Assembly: GCF_001194135.2 (NCBI RefSeq) | Contig: NC_068986.1 | Span: forward strand, 114,525,398-114,578,637 | From: Octopus bimaculoides | Lineage: Eukaryota | Direction of reading: 5' to 3' | DNA: 53,240 nucleotides | In this document: in pieces, positions 12,601-24,000 of the stretch | How the letters are laid out: each line of letters begins with the position of its first letter | Position numbering within the stretch: position 1 is the stretch's first letter | Notes under the pieces: model-generated | Databases searched by the model: none | Seen by the model: only the letters and a program-made list of their open reading frames with translations | Told to the model about the DNA's origin: nothing | Translations under genes and position numbers: made by a program

Positions 12601-13038
12601 ACACACACATATATATATATATATATGTATCTACGCTTATATATATAAACAAAAATGTAGTTTTATTTATTCATATACACCTGGTTGAGGGATGTATATA
12701 TTTTGTTACGTTCTGACAACTAATTTTTGTAAATCGGTTGGATTAATGGGGGGCGTTGATAACTGTATCACGCTCTCCACATATCACATTTCTCTCGGCA
12801 GACACATCAAGAATGGCGACGAGATAGGCTTGCGATAGGGTTTGTCAAACTTCTAATAACTTGCTACAGCCGGGGCCCAGGTTTGCTCGCTCTCTCTCTC
12901 TCTCTATCTCTCTCTCTCCCACTCTCTCTCTCTCTCTCTCTCGCTCCCTCTATCTATNNNNNNNNNNCTCTATCTATCAATCTATATACATACATACATA
13001 CATACATACATACATACATACATGCATACATTTATACA

Positions 13039-13073
<35 letters not shown>

Positions 13074-13469
13074 GTATATATATATTCAACTTGTAGTTGT
13101 GCGCCAAAAGCTCCCCACAAACGGTTGCTTAACAATCTAACTATCCTACCACCAACCTAGCTTTAGATTGCAGAATTGCTTAAGATGGGTATTTTTGGTT
13201 GTTTGTTTTTTTTTTTCTTTTTGCACGCACCAACTATGATTTAGATGTCACCTATTGACAGGAACAGTAATCACCAAACGGGTTTCTGTAGCCGTTGAAC
13301 CATTTGGTAATATCAACTCTCGTATTTAAAAATAGTCGGAATGAAACCAGTTTTCTGCATAGAAATATTTTCTTTGTGCCAAAACGTCCGTCTTAAGAAG
13401 TGTCCTCATAGAATAGATTCTGCTCCCAAATTAGGCGACAAGGTGTACCTAATCTCTTCCTTTTGCTTT

Positions 13470-13950
13470 TGCTGGTTTCAACCAAAAACTGCAGCCATGT
13501 TGGGGCACCGTCTTTTGTATAACTGGTTTTACAATTCACATTCACTTCTGAAAAGTTGTTGGACAGAACTGCTCTCCTTTTTGTTTCCTGCCGCAATGTG
13601 GGTTCATCAAGTACTTCAGATAAAAATTTCTCCAAATGTTCTTTGAAAACATTCACATCTACACCTCGTAGATCTCTGAGGTTCTTCGGTAGAATGTTGA
13701 AAGGTTGTGGGCACTTGAAACCTAAGTTGTTTGAATACTGGGTTCTTATTCTAGATGGAGAAGGCGAGATATTTGGTACTATACAAAGGCGTCCGGTTCT
13801 GTGGTTTGTAAATGTTTCAATTCCAAAGTTGGAAGCTGGACCTTTCGGGATCTTTCATATAAATGTACATCACTACATATCTTTCGCGTCTTCTCTCTTG
13901 GGAGTAGAAACTCAATTCTTTTCTCAGTTCACACTCTATAACGGTACATA
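13470..13950 (-). mobile_element. CR1-clade LINE 3' fragment
   Basis: Minus translation with frameshifts: ELSFYSQERRRERYVVMYI..FGIETFTNHRTGRLCIVP..NLGFKCPQPFNILPKNLRDLRGVDVNVFKEHLEKFLSEVLDEP. It parallels ORF 39106-39672 and ends in the shared tail at 13475-13512. Confidence 0.85.
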
Positions 13951-14234
13951 GTTTTTCTTTTTTTTTTTCTTTTCTGCCCCAAACAACCATACCAGGCCTG
14001 TTATGTTTGCATTTGGCGGATGATTTTATAGTGATGTCCCCCCAATATATCTAATGTATGTATGTTTAAAATAACAAGCGTGTTTTTCTGTATCTATCCT
14101 AGTGCAGTCTTTCCTACGGATGGCATTGTATATTGTTTTAGAAACAACAACATGCTGTATTGGAAAGGAGTTCTCTAATAATATTTTTGGGCAGCAGTTA
14201 AAATGTCAGTTATCTTTCACATAACCGGCATTTT

Positions 14235-14287
14235 CAGTGAAGCCCTTAAACCCCCAATAACATCTTCGGGGTTTTAGGACTTCACTG
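14235..14287. other. Imperfect inverted repeat (20-bp stem, 18/20 paired, 13-nt loop)
   Basis: CAGTGAAGCCCTTAAACCCC versus GGGGTTTTAGGACTTCACTG. Confidence 0.9.
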
Positions 14288-15469
14288 GTTCTTTTGTTTA
14301 TTAGATATTTTGAAACGATCTCTTAGATTTCAAAAGCATAACCATCGAAAAGTAACGTACTGTAACGGTTAGAAGTTCAAACGAAGTTACATGTCAGTAT
14401 CAGCCCCAAGTTTATGAGAGGTATAGCCATACATAACCTTCGTTGAGATGCCGACTGTTTCTCATTCAGGCGTTGTTGACGTAAACTGTCAGGCAGTTTG
14501 GAGTTCGTGTATTTATGTGTATACATTAGTATAGATGTGAGATGCGTATACGCATTTGTATATTTATGTGTATATGTCTATATATATGTATACCTGTGAG
14601 TATGTATATGTGTGTGCGTACGTGCGCGTGTACGCTATGTATGTTTAAGCCCTTAAGTATGCTTGTATGGACGTTTGTATAAATCTCTTCACATACACAC
14701 ATACACACACAATTATTCATATTAACATAAACACTAAATATCAGCTGATGGCATTCACGTAGTTTATTGGTGAGTTATTGTTAAGCCCGTATTCTACTCT
14801 GTTTGAGCTAACTTTTTCATAGTCATATCATCATTTCTAAGACCATATTATATCCAAAACTGTAGAGTGTAATTTGACTGTGACCTGACTGCTATTTGTA
14901 GCACATTAACTGACCACGTAACTGATATCTCTTCATTTCATTCTTTATCTCATTGTCTTATACAGCTAAATGATGGAGTGTTCTTGTTTAGCTCCTGGTC
15001 AACTTCTAATCCAACAACCGTTTATCAAAAAACGTTGCAGCTGTAACTATCCTGCCTTTTCTTAATATACTGTACAAGCAGAACTGTATTGTTCAATATA
15101 ACCTCCTATACGGTAGAATGCGAACTGAGGGGGATTTTGTTGATATTTCAAACAAGTCGATTTCGTATGTGGAGGTTGCCTCTCCGAAGTGCCGGACTGG
15201 CTGTTGTCAGACAAATTACTGATTAGAGTCTAACTGAAGTCTAACTTTATATTCTGTTATGACTTGGTTGTACAACAGAGGTTATTGTTGTTTAGATCCA
15301 GTTCAGATCTGATCCAGGAAACAAAATTATTAAAAGCGTTCTTCCCATCCTATACATTCTTCCTATTTATGGAGAGATTTTACTACAATTTTTAGTAGGT
15401 CAATCAACCACATAAACTCCTTTCTCGCTGAAATTAGCAGTTATAGCTGTGTAATTATTTCTTGATGAT

Positions 15470-15710
15470 ATCTAGTGATATGATAGTATGGCGGAAACAG
15501 TTTTATGATGGTATGTTGTTAGCATAACCAGTTCTAACACTGATATATTTCAACACTGTACAGTGGTATAATGGTATATTGAAAGCATGCTGACATTGTA
15601 ACCAATAGTAACACACATTATATATTTATCAACAGTATTCAATGGTATAGTGATACGACAAAAAGCGCTATGATGGTATGTTGATATGTCATCACATCTG
15701 GTAGTGCTAG
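15470..15710 (+). repeat. Degenerate ~73-bp minisatellite, array 1
   Basis: Recurrent TGGTATAATGGTAT..ATTGTAACCAATAGTAACAC motifs shared with 19270-20045. Confidence 0.6.
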
Positions 15711-16631
15711 TGGACATGACCGGATAAAAAAAAGCCATGTAGCGGATTGACAAAGAACTCACTCACCAATATACTCTCAAAAGTTACAATAGTTTCTGCT
15801 CCTCGTAAATAACTACTTGTGCACAACTTCTACCCAAGTCCATCAAATACACATCTGTATCCTTAGTCTTATCACTCTTTCTGTATCTTACCCAATCCTT
15901 CTCCCCAGAACGCTCCCCACACAATCTTCAAGAGTTCCTTTCTTGCTTACATTTTCATAGATATTGAGTTTTTTTTTTTTTTTTTTTTTTTTTTCTGTCT
16001 GATCAAACTGAACTTCAATCACTTTTGTCTAACTAATCATAGAGAAATCCTGATATCAAGGGTACAGACATTTTTTTCTATGACTAACACCATTAAAGAA
16101 GTAATAACAAAGCTGTATAGGGTTTCTCTTCAATAGAAAGTGGTATGATGTATATAGCAGCGGTTGATACTATTTGCAACAAACAACTGTACCTTTTTCG
16201 CTACCATTCACTGCAACATACTGGCTAAGCAGACACGTGGACAAAGCAGTTCTACCATGCCTATTTCTCCTTTTTTTGATCGAAGACCTAGTTAAATATT
16301 TTTTTTTTTTTACAAAAGTAATATGTGGTCTGAGAGAGATACGGCTGTTATTTCTAGGAAGTCAAGCTATCCAAGTAAACATGCTCGATAATATACAATG
16401 GTGTAAAACGCTTGTTGTTCTTAAACTACTTTGTTGAAATACCATCTGAGGATTGCCTTTTGGCAAGATGTCTAAAGTGATGGAAAAACAGCCAACTATA
16501 ACTAGCGTATACTTAGATAACTTCTGTACTTCACGAGTTGAATTTCCTTTTATTTGATCTTCATTTACACAACTTACAAATACAATGAGTACGCTTGTGT
16601 GTGTTTGTATGTTTTCAGATAAACAGATAGT

Positions 16632-16689
<58 letters not shown>

Positions 16690-16751
16690 TACGTACTTAT
16701 GCATGTATATGTGTGTGTGTATGGTATATATGTATGTGCGTATGTATCTCC

Positions 16752-16792
<41 letters not shown>

Positions 16793-16835
16793 TGTATATA
16801 TATGTATATGATCGACAGACAGACAGGCAGATCGG

Positions 16836-16882
<47 letters not shown>

Positions 16883-17988
16883 TATAACTTGCATGTAGNN
16901 NNNNNNNNCATGTAGTATAGCATATTTTGTATATATATATATATATTATATCAGTTAAGAAGTTTGCTTCGCATTCGATAGATCCTAGATTCGATCGCAC
17001 TATGTGCAGATTAGGTAAATGGCTTCTATTACGGCCTCGTGTTAACCCAGGTTTGTGAAAGAAATTAGATAAATAGAAACTATGCAGAAGTTTGAAGGAT
17101 GCACTTTACCAGTGTGACTTGCTTTGTCACATATTCAACATGAGAATTAAATTAAAGCAGAATACTTCCGTCATGTAGACTGAAGAACAAGATGAATTGA
17201 AACAGCAAAGGACAAACTTTATATCACAACTGAATCTGCACGGGGGTCGATTTAAGGATAGAAATACTTGTGAAGTACTCAATAACTCTATAACAAACGA
17301 TGAACTGTAACTGTAATTAAAAGGGTCAGTCAACCATGCCATACTCTATCACAGTGGTTCTATCAAAGGGTTACATTAAAGGTACCAGTGTTTGTGGGAT
17401 ACTCAGACACACGATAATTCAGTGATAAGGAAGTGCAACTGTACCACGAAATTCCTCATCGAAACCTACGGAGATTGATTTAACTTTACTTTTTACGTCT
17501 GTATGGTGTATTTCTATAGTTCCCCATTAAACCCAGGTTAGCTTTGGGGAAGCACACCTTTGACCAAAGGAATTCAAGGTTGGTTTCAGACACAATGTGT
17601 CTAGGATTACACTACTCAGTATATCTTTCCTGTAATACAGTAGGATATAACTTAAATTATATTCGGTTGTTATTTCCAGCAGGTCGACTGACAATGTGAA
17701 TGCTTACTCTTGGGCAAGTATTATGCTATATATGTTGCTGTTATTGTTTAGTCTAGAGTCAGCTGTAATAGAACAGACCTCTTCTGATCAAAAGCATTCC
17801 AGCTTTAATTATCATGTCGTTCATTTCAATGGATAGTGAACACCAGTATCCAAGTGTGTTTTTTAAGACGGTAGAGTGGAATTTCAAAGATATTTGTTTG
17901 TTATTTCTAGCATATCGAGCGACTTGGTGGTTTTTTCCCTTTGGCTAACTAAATATTATAAATTGCTACCAATGGCACCATCAGTATT

Positions 17989-18497
17989 CATCGTCGTCGT
18001 CATCATCATCATCATCATCATCATCAAATTCCTTTAACTAATGCAGCTAGTCATTGTAGTGCCACTCAAGGGGTGCTTTTGCAGTCAGCCCAGCCCACTG
18101 GTCTCTCTTCTTTGTCATGCGTAGCGGGGTCACCGTGTTGTAACCTGCCTTTTTCGCCCTCTCTCAATTGCGTCCCGAAAGAAGGTTTTGGACAAGACGT
18201 TGTGACGGGATGTGTGACCGCCCTACCCAAGCTTTCGTCTTTTTTACCTGCGCAAGGAGTGGTTCATGTCTGCCAGCGTATTTGTTGACCTGCTGCCGGA
18301 CAAAGCTCTTCATTTTCTTTTCTGTGCACTGGATGCTTAGCAGTCTTCTTAAGCACTTGTACCCAAATGTCTGGATTATTCGCTCCATGTCATTTATAAC
18401 AGTCCACCGCTCACACCGGTGCAGTAGGAACGAAGTCACCAGAGACGTGTACATTCGGAGTCTCGTTGGAAATATAATGGGGTTGGCAGCACGCAGC
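17989..18497 (-). mobile_element. RTE-clade LINE 3' end
   Basis: ORF 18164-18454: MYTSLVTSFLLHRCERWTV..ERIIQTFGYKCLRRLLSI..EPLLAQVK resembles the RTE motif LYKSLVLSILLYGCETWT..IQAFENKCLRKLL. (GAT)n tail at 17989-18026. Confidence 0.85.
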
Positions 18498-18524
18498 TAA
18501 ACTGCTCTTTATATATAATTCTTC

Positions 18525-18715
18525 TCAATAACTCTCTATAATATTCAATGGTATAACGGATATGTAGAAACTGCTACTAACAGTATCATACAGCAGTATA
18601 GTTTATATGTCTACGATATACGATGGTATAACGGTTTGGTAGAAACTGTTACCAATAGTAACACACAGCTGTATGATTTATTTCTTTACAATATACAATA
18701 GTAGAACGATAATGT
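18525..18715 (+). repeat. Degenerate ~73-75-bp minisatellite, array 2
   Basis: ATGGTATAACGG..GTAGAAACTG.TAC.AA.AGTA.CA.ACAGC repeated with ~75-bp spacing. Confidence 0.7.
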
Positions 18716-19269
18716 TGTTCAGGATATGAAGAAAATGAGATGGTCATTTCTTTAACCATATAGATGAGTTGGAGTTAAAGTGCAACAAAACACAAGCTAT
18801 ACACACACGCATATGTTTACACCACATACATACACATAAACACAAAACACAGGCAAACATACAACACACACACATTATTGTATGATGGTATATTTTAAGC
18901 TGATAATGTTGTGTAAACCTTGAGTCAATCCTAACCGAGCAGACCTTTCATGAAAGTTATTCCGGTCTTAACCATGCTGTCTGTTAAGAGTTATGTCTAG
19001 GACTTAATTTTCAGTTAAGTCCATGCCTAGTTTTTATGTTAGGGTGAGATCAGAAGGATAAATTGTAACTGTTTCTCATAGGTTAAATGATCACACAGAG
19101 GCTTCCCCATCGGATCGTTTATTATGTTGCATTTTTTTTTCTATCTGAGGCGGTGTTTGAAACCCACAGAGGGACAGAAATTTCATACCCTCTCGACACT
19201 CAAAAAGTGACGAGTGTAACAACAAACTCTATGCAATCTTATCCCGAATACCTACAATATTACAACACT

Positions 19270-20045
19270 GTAATATAGATTAGTGGTATAATGGTATGAA
19301 TGATCTGGTTACCAAGCGTTAATCTCGGTAGTATATCAATGACCCTTCAATATTTGTGGTACACTAGTATAGAAAATATTATTACCAACAGTTGCACATT
19401 AAAAGTATTTCAATGTCTCAATAATATTAGTGATGTAGTGGTACGAAAAATGTTGCCCATGGTTACACATCACTGTTTCTGCAATATTTGCGGTGTGAAG
19501 ATATGAAAAACGTTACCGATGGTTACATTACAACAGGTGATGATCTTACAATACTCCAAGTACGATGGGATGTTACACATCAGCAGTATATCAATATCTC
19601 TATGGTATGATGGTATGAAAAATATTGTAACCAGTGGTTACATAGAAGCAGCATATTATAGTCTGTACAATATTAGCGGAACGATAGTATGGAAAATATT
19701 GTAGCCAATGATTACACATATATGAATATTGGTGGCTCAGTAATATGCTAACTATTGCTTCCAGTGGTTACACCCCAAGAAAATAATGTCTTAGTGGTAA
19801 GCTGGAATGAAAAATATTATTACACAACAGCAGTAGAAAATGACGCCGCTATATTTGTAGTTTAATGGTATAGAAAGTATGGCGTTCAATGCTTGTCCAT
19901 CAGAAGTATACCAATGTTTTTACAATATTAGTAGTATAATGGTACGAAGAATATTGTTATCAGTCTCTACAGAGCAGTATTTATATCTTCATAACATTCG
20001 ATGGTATGATGGTGGTATGAGAAGATAATCTTATCAATAGCTACA
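19270..20045 (+). repeat. Degenerate ~73-bp minisatellite, main array (~10 units)
   Basis: Anchors TAGTGGT (19281), TTGTGGT (19354) and TAGTGAT (19428) are spaced 73-74 bp. Approximate consensus CAATATTAGTGGTATAATGGTATGAAAAATATTGTTACCAATGGTTACACATCAGCAGTATATCAATATCTCTA. Confidence 0.85.
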
Positions 20046-20304
20046 CTGAAAGAACTGGGATCGTTCATTATCAGTCCTATATCATTCATACTGAGACACC
20101 GAAGATTTTGTTTGGTCCGCAGGTTATTGGGAACGTTTGCTTGAGTTTGGTATAAAAACTGCTCAGATTAAAGTATTAAGAGAACACAAATATCGGCGTC
20201 GATAGCGTGCCCTGAAATCATGTGTTCGCGTCATGTTACTAACATTGTGCTGCGCTCGAGGCCAAGACACTTCATTCTCAACAAGATGATGTTCCACAAT
20301 GAAT

Positions 20305-20860
20305 TACAGTTTACCTAGCTCTAACCAGGCTCTACACTGAAATATAATCTACCTAGCTTTAAATAGGAACACAGTGGTGTATTCTCCCTGGCTGCAAATA
20401 GGTATTGCAGTGAAGTACAGTTTTACCTAGCTTTAATTAGGTATCAGGTGGAGGTACAGTTCACCTATTTGTAGACACATGTCACTGAAGTATAAACCAT
20501 CAAGCTGTAAGTAGGTATCACAATGGTGTACAGTCTACCTAGTTGCATGTAGGTTCTGCTATGAGCAACAATCCACCTGTTAAGTTGTAAGTCAGTGCCG
20601 CAATGAGATACAAGTCACCTAGCTGTAAGTATCACAGTGAGGCACAGTCCACTTAGATGAATTGGTTCCACAGATGAGTTGGTGTCACAATGGAGTGCAG
20701 CTGTAATTAACTCCCATATAATCGCCCACAGTTCACTTAACTGAAAGTAAGTACCACTATGGAGTATAGTCCATTTTGTAAACTGCTTGTAGGTACTATA
20801 GTGAGGTACAGTTTATTTACCGTTAAGTACAATCCTACTGTGAAACTGTAAGTAGTTACT
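20305..20860 (+). repeat. Degenerate ~38-bp minisatellite, array 1
   Basis: Units of 36-39 bp close to GTACAGTCTACCTAGCTGTAAGTAGGTATCACAGTGGAG. Confidence 0.8.
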
Positions 20861-20864
20861 TTAT

Positions 20865-20995
20865 CACTCCAAGAACGATTAAAAGCATAATTAACGTCAG
20901 GTTTTGAGCTTGGGGACATAACTAAATAGTGAAAGACATTTTATTCAGCACTCTACCGATTCTGTCGTCCACCATTTTAACACTAACAGTTATTT
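20865..20995 (-). mobile_element. Degenerate SINE family D copy
   Basis: + strand ACTTTATCACTCCAAGAACGATTAAAAGC...CTCTACCGATTCTGTCGTCCCACC is the reverse complement of the family D head and body. Confidence 0.5.
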
Positions 20996-21545
20996 CTTTA
21001 TTTGCCACAAGGGTGACAGTTGATGATACACTACAAGAACAAATTACAATGAAAAAAAAAACATTACAGATTCACACAGTGTTGATTATGAGAAAATAGA
21101 CGTGTTAGACAACAGTGTAAAAGATAACGAAATGAAAAACATCCCAATAAAGGAGACTCCACAGATCCTGGATTATCATCGTTACTGCAAGAGCAACTGC
21201 CCTCGCCCAATGGTGTTTTCCAAACTAGAACCACATACTAAGAATAAACCCGTTCATTTAGACCGTGTTCATCCTTATCCCTCACCTTCATACAAATCTA
21301 CTGGAGGACAGCAATAGACAGAAGAATATTGCTTGCCTTACTCGACGGATAATAATGACAATGATTGTACAAGATTAGCTCAAGACGACACAATTTGTGT
21401 TAGAGGTACAGTCGATCAGGTCAACGCAGTACATAGTAAGTACTGTATTTTATCGACTCCAAAGGATCTAAGTCAATAAGAAAGCCATAAGGAAATACAG
21501 TAAAGCATTTTGTCTATTACTACAAAGATCCTACCAATCCCTATT

Positions 21546-21925
21546 GTGGAGGCGCAATGGCCCAGTGGTTAGGGCAGCGGACTCGTGGTCTTAGGATCGC
21601 GGTTTCGATTCCCAGACCGGGCGTTGTGAGTGTTTATTGAGCGAAAACACCTAAAGCTCCACGAGGCTCCGGTAGGGGATGGTGGCGAACCCTGCTGTAC
21701 TCTTTCACCAAAACTTTCTCTCCCTCTTTCTTCCTGTTTCTGTTGTACCTGTAATTCAAAGGGTCAGCCTTGTCACACTGTGTCACGCTGAATATCCCCC
21801 GAGAACTACGTGTCTGTGGAGTGCTCAGCCACTTGCACGTTAATTTCACGAGCAGGCTATTCCGTTGATCAGATCAACTGGAACCCTCGACGTCGTAAGC
21901 GACGGAGTGCCAACTGACTGACTGA
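21546..21925 (+). mobile_element. Full-length tRNA-derived SINE (family B) with a perfect 16-bp target-site duplication
   Basis: A box TGGCCCAGTGG, B box GGTTTCGATTCCC, (ACTG)n tail. TSD CCTACCAATCCCTATT at 21530-21545 and 21926-21941. Confidence 0.92.
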
Positions 21926-21956
21926 CCTACCAATCCCTATTACTTATGATAGTAAT

Positions 21957-22362
21957 TGGTATAGAAGATGGGCTACAGCAAATATTCTGCTCAATACCTC
22001 AGAAATGATAGTCAGTTATTTGACCTTAATCAGTTGAGCATGTCCCTTAATGGCTGGCAATATGTGCATCTCTCATCACGAGCAGTAGTGGTGGGGGCAT
22101 CATGAGCATGTGTTGAGAGGAATTCTTTGGATTTTGGATAATTCACCGCTGGAAACATTGGCGTTTTGTCCAACACCCTTAAACAACCCATATTCAGGGA
22201 CCTTTGTTAATCTTGGTATGAGATTACCATGTCGCGCACACATATGGTCGTGATGCATATGCCTGGTGTACCCATATCAGACGGGTAGTCATGATGGGTA
22301 TGCTAGGCTTCGAATATTTTAGCTCAGTGTCAATTTGATGGCACTCACTGCTCCCTCGCTCA
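21957..22362 (-). repeat. Family F repeat, copy 2 (3'-truncated)
   Basis: Reverse complement of about 9680-10150. It begins ATTGAGCGAGGGAGCAG next to (TAG)n/(ATT)n, as copy 1 does. Confidence 0.8.
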
Positions 22363-22378
22363 ATACTACTACTACTAC

Positions 22379-22416
<38 letters not shown>

Positions 22417-22424
22417 GTAATAAT

Positions 22425-22560
22425 AATCGTTTCTAGCATAAGATCAGTGGGAAGCGTTAATCGATTAAATCGACCCTAGTACTTGACTGGCACTTTATTT
22501 TATCGACCTCAGTAAGATTAAAAGTCATAAGTCAACACAGGCAAGTTTTAAACTCAGCAA
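22425..22560 (-). mobile_element. SINE family D 3' fragment
   Basis: + strand ATCGATTAAATCGACCCTAGTACTTGACTGGCACTTTATTTTATCGACC. Confidence 0.65.
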
Positions 22561-22744
22561 ATAAAGAGACGAAATTATACTAATGAATGCATTTATATAG
22601 CTGGGCGCTGTTGTTCTATGTTGGCTAACACATCATAAGCAATTGATAGCCTCTTGGACTTCAAGCTGAAGTGATGAAGGTCAACAAATAATGTGTAAGA
22701 TAGTACACTTTAGCATGTGAGTCAAGACACTTAACTATCAACAA

Positions 22745-23190
22745 CCTGATCCACATAGTTGTAAGTAGGTACCACAATTCATTGCTGTAACCTGTAGCTA
22801 AGCCTTTAACACTTAACTGTACAACCTACCTAGATATAAATGCATATCATATGATGCATAGACCACCAAGCTTTAAATATGCTCCATGTGGAAGTAGAGA
22901 CTATCTATTTGCAAAAAGGTATCGTATAGAGATACAAACCGTGCAAATAGGCATAATATGGAATCAAAGACTATCTGGATATAAAAAGGTATCATAAATA
23001 AGTACAGACCATTAGAATACAAACAAATAACATAGAGAGATACAGGCCATGAACTATAAATCGGCACCAGTTGGAGCGACAGATCATCTCGTTGTTAATA
23101 AGTACAATGTAGAAGTAGAGTTCATCTGGCTGTAAATAGACACCACGCAAATGTACATTCAAGTCTGCTCAGCTGAAAACGAGTTCCAGC
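22745..23190 (+). repeat. Degenerate ~38-bp minisatellite, array 2
   Basis: CCACATAGTTGTAAGTAGGTACCACAAT, GTACAACCTACCTAGATATAAATGCATATC and TCATCTGGCTGTAAATAGACACCAC match the 20305-20860 unit. Confidence 0.65.
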
Positions 23191-23284
23191 GGCAGCTAGA
23201 GGTTAATACTGCGATTGACTGGTCTCCTGTTCAGGAAGGCATCTTGTGATATCAGTCGTTGAAAACCAGGAAAGGTTCCGGGTT

Positions 23285-23740
23285 AACAGGACTATATATA
23301 TCACTTGATTGACTGAAAGATATGTTTTCAGTTTTCTTGACATTTGTATGCAATCCAAATTTAGCATCTGCAAACATATTGCTGGGCCACTGATATTCAT
23401 ATACTGTATATGTATAACTATTGGCTACAATATTTTCCATACTATCGTTTCACTAATATTGTACAGACTATAATATACTGTTCCTACGTAACCATTGGTT
23501 ACAATATTTCTTATACCATCATACCATAGTATATTGTAGAGATATTAATATACTGCTGATGTGCAACATCCCATCGTACTTGAAGTATAGTAAGATCATC
23601 AACTGTTGTAAAATGATGTAATGCAATTGCAAACAGGTAAGGTGCAAGCGTATCTCCTTGTAGCACCCCAGCTAGTATTTGAAAGAATTCTGTTTCTCCG
23701 TCACATGACAACACACGACTTCTGGTCACCTCGTAGGTCC
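23285..23740 (-). mobile_element. RTE reverse-transcriptase fragment in inverted orientation, interrupted at 23375-23620
   Basis: 23740 to 23621 translates YEVTRSRVLSCDGETEFFQILAGVLQGDTLAPYLFAIAL. 23374 to 23285 translates ADAKFGLHTNVKKTENISFSQSSDI, the post-catalytic RTE motif GLxxNxKKTE. Confidence 0.85.
23375..23620 (-). repeat. Inverted copy of 19522-19747 (part of the 73-bp minisatellite array)
   Basis: The reverse complement reads GATGATCTTACTATACTTCAAGTACGATGGGATGTTGCACATCAGCAGTATAT...TGAATATCAGTGGCCCAGCAATATG and is colinear with 19522-19747. Confidence 0.92.
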
Positions 23741-23742
23741 TT

Positions 23743-24000
23743 TTAGGTAGTTGGATGAGCAGTTTGGAAGCAGACATCAAGATCAGGAAGGCACAAGCAT
23801 GGACAGCCTGTCACAAACTAAAGAAGGGCTGGAACTCCAAGTTGCCCCAGCAAATCAAAATCAAGCTGTTCACTGCAACTGTCGAATTGATGCTGTGTGA
23901 CAGTGAAACATGGACTCTGACAAAGAAATTATCAAACTGGTTAAATGGATGCTACGGATGGCCCTAAATGTGAAATGGCAACAGCATATGACAAATGACA
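23743..24000 (+). mobile_element. RTE ORF fragment downstream of the RT core
   Basis: LGSWMSSLEADIKIRKAQAWTACHKLKKGWNSKLPQQIKIKLFTATVE..CDSETWTLTKK..RMALNVKWQQHMTN. Confidence 0.88.

Noticed and set aside
17140-17345. Possible R4/Dong fragment (LHGGRF motif)
   Set aside because: A single weak motif with no supporting downstream motifs.
19270-20045. CRISPR-like periodic array
   Set aside because: Whole units are degenerate copies of each other, with no constant repeat and unique spacer alternation, no cas genes and a eukaryotic context.
20115-20200. Acceptor-like GTCCGCAG followed by GYWERLLEFGIK...
   Set aside because: Could be a chance splice signal or decayed CR1 (YWERL); no donor or homology support.
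21100-21400. ORF 21102-21317 with a KGDSTDPG motif in another frame, suggestive of LINE RT
   Set aside because: Too degenerate to assign; downstream RT motifs not found.
21546-21620. tRNA gene
   Set aside because: No complete cloverleaf, continues into a SINE body and tail, and is bounded by a TSD; it is a SINE head.
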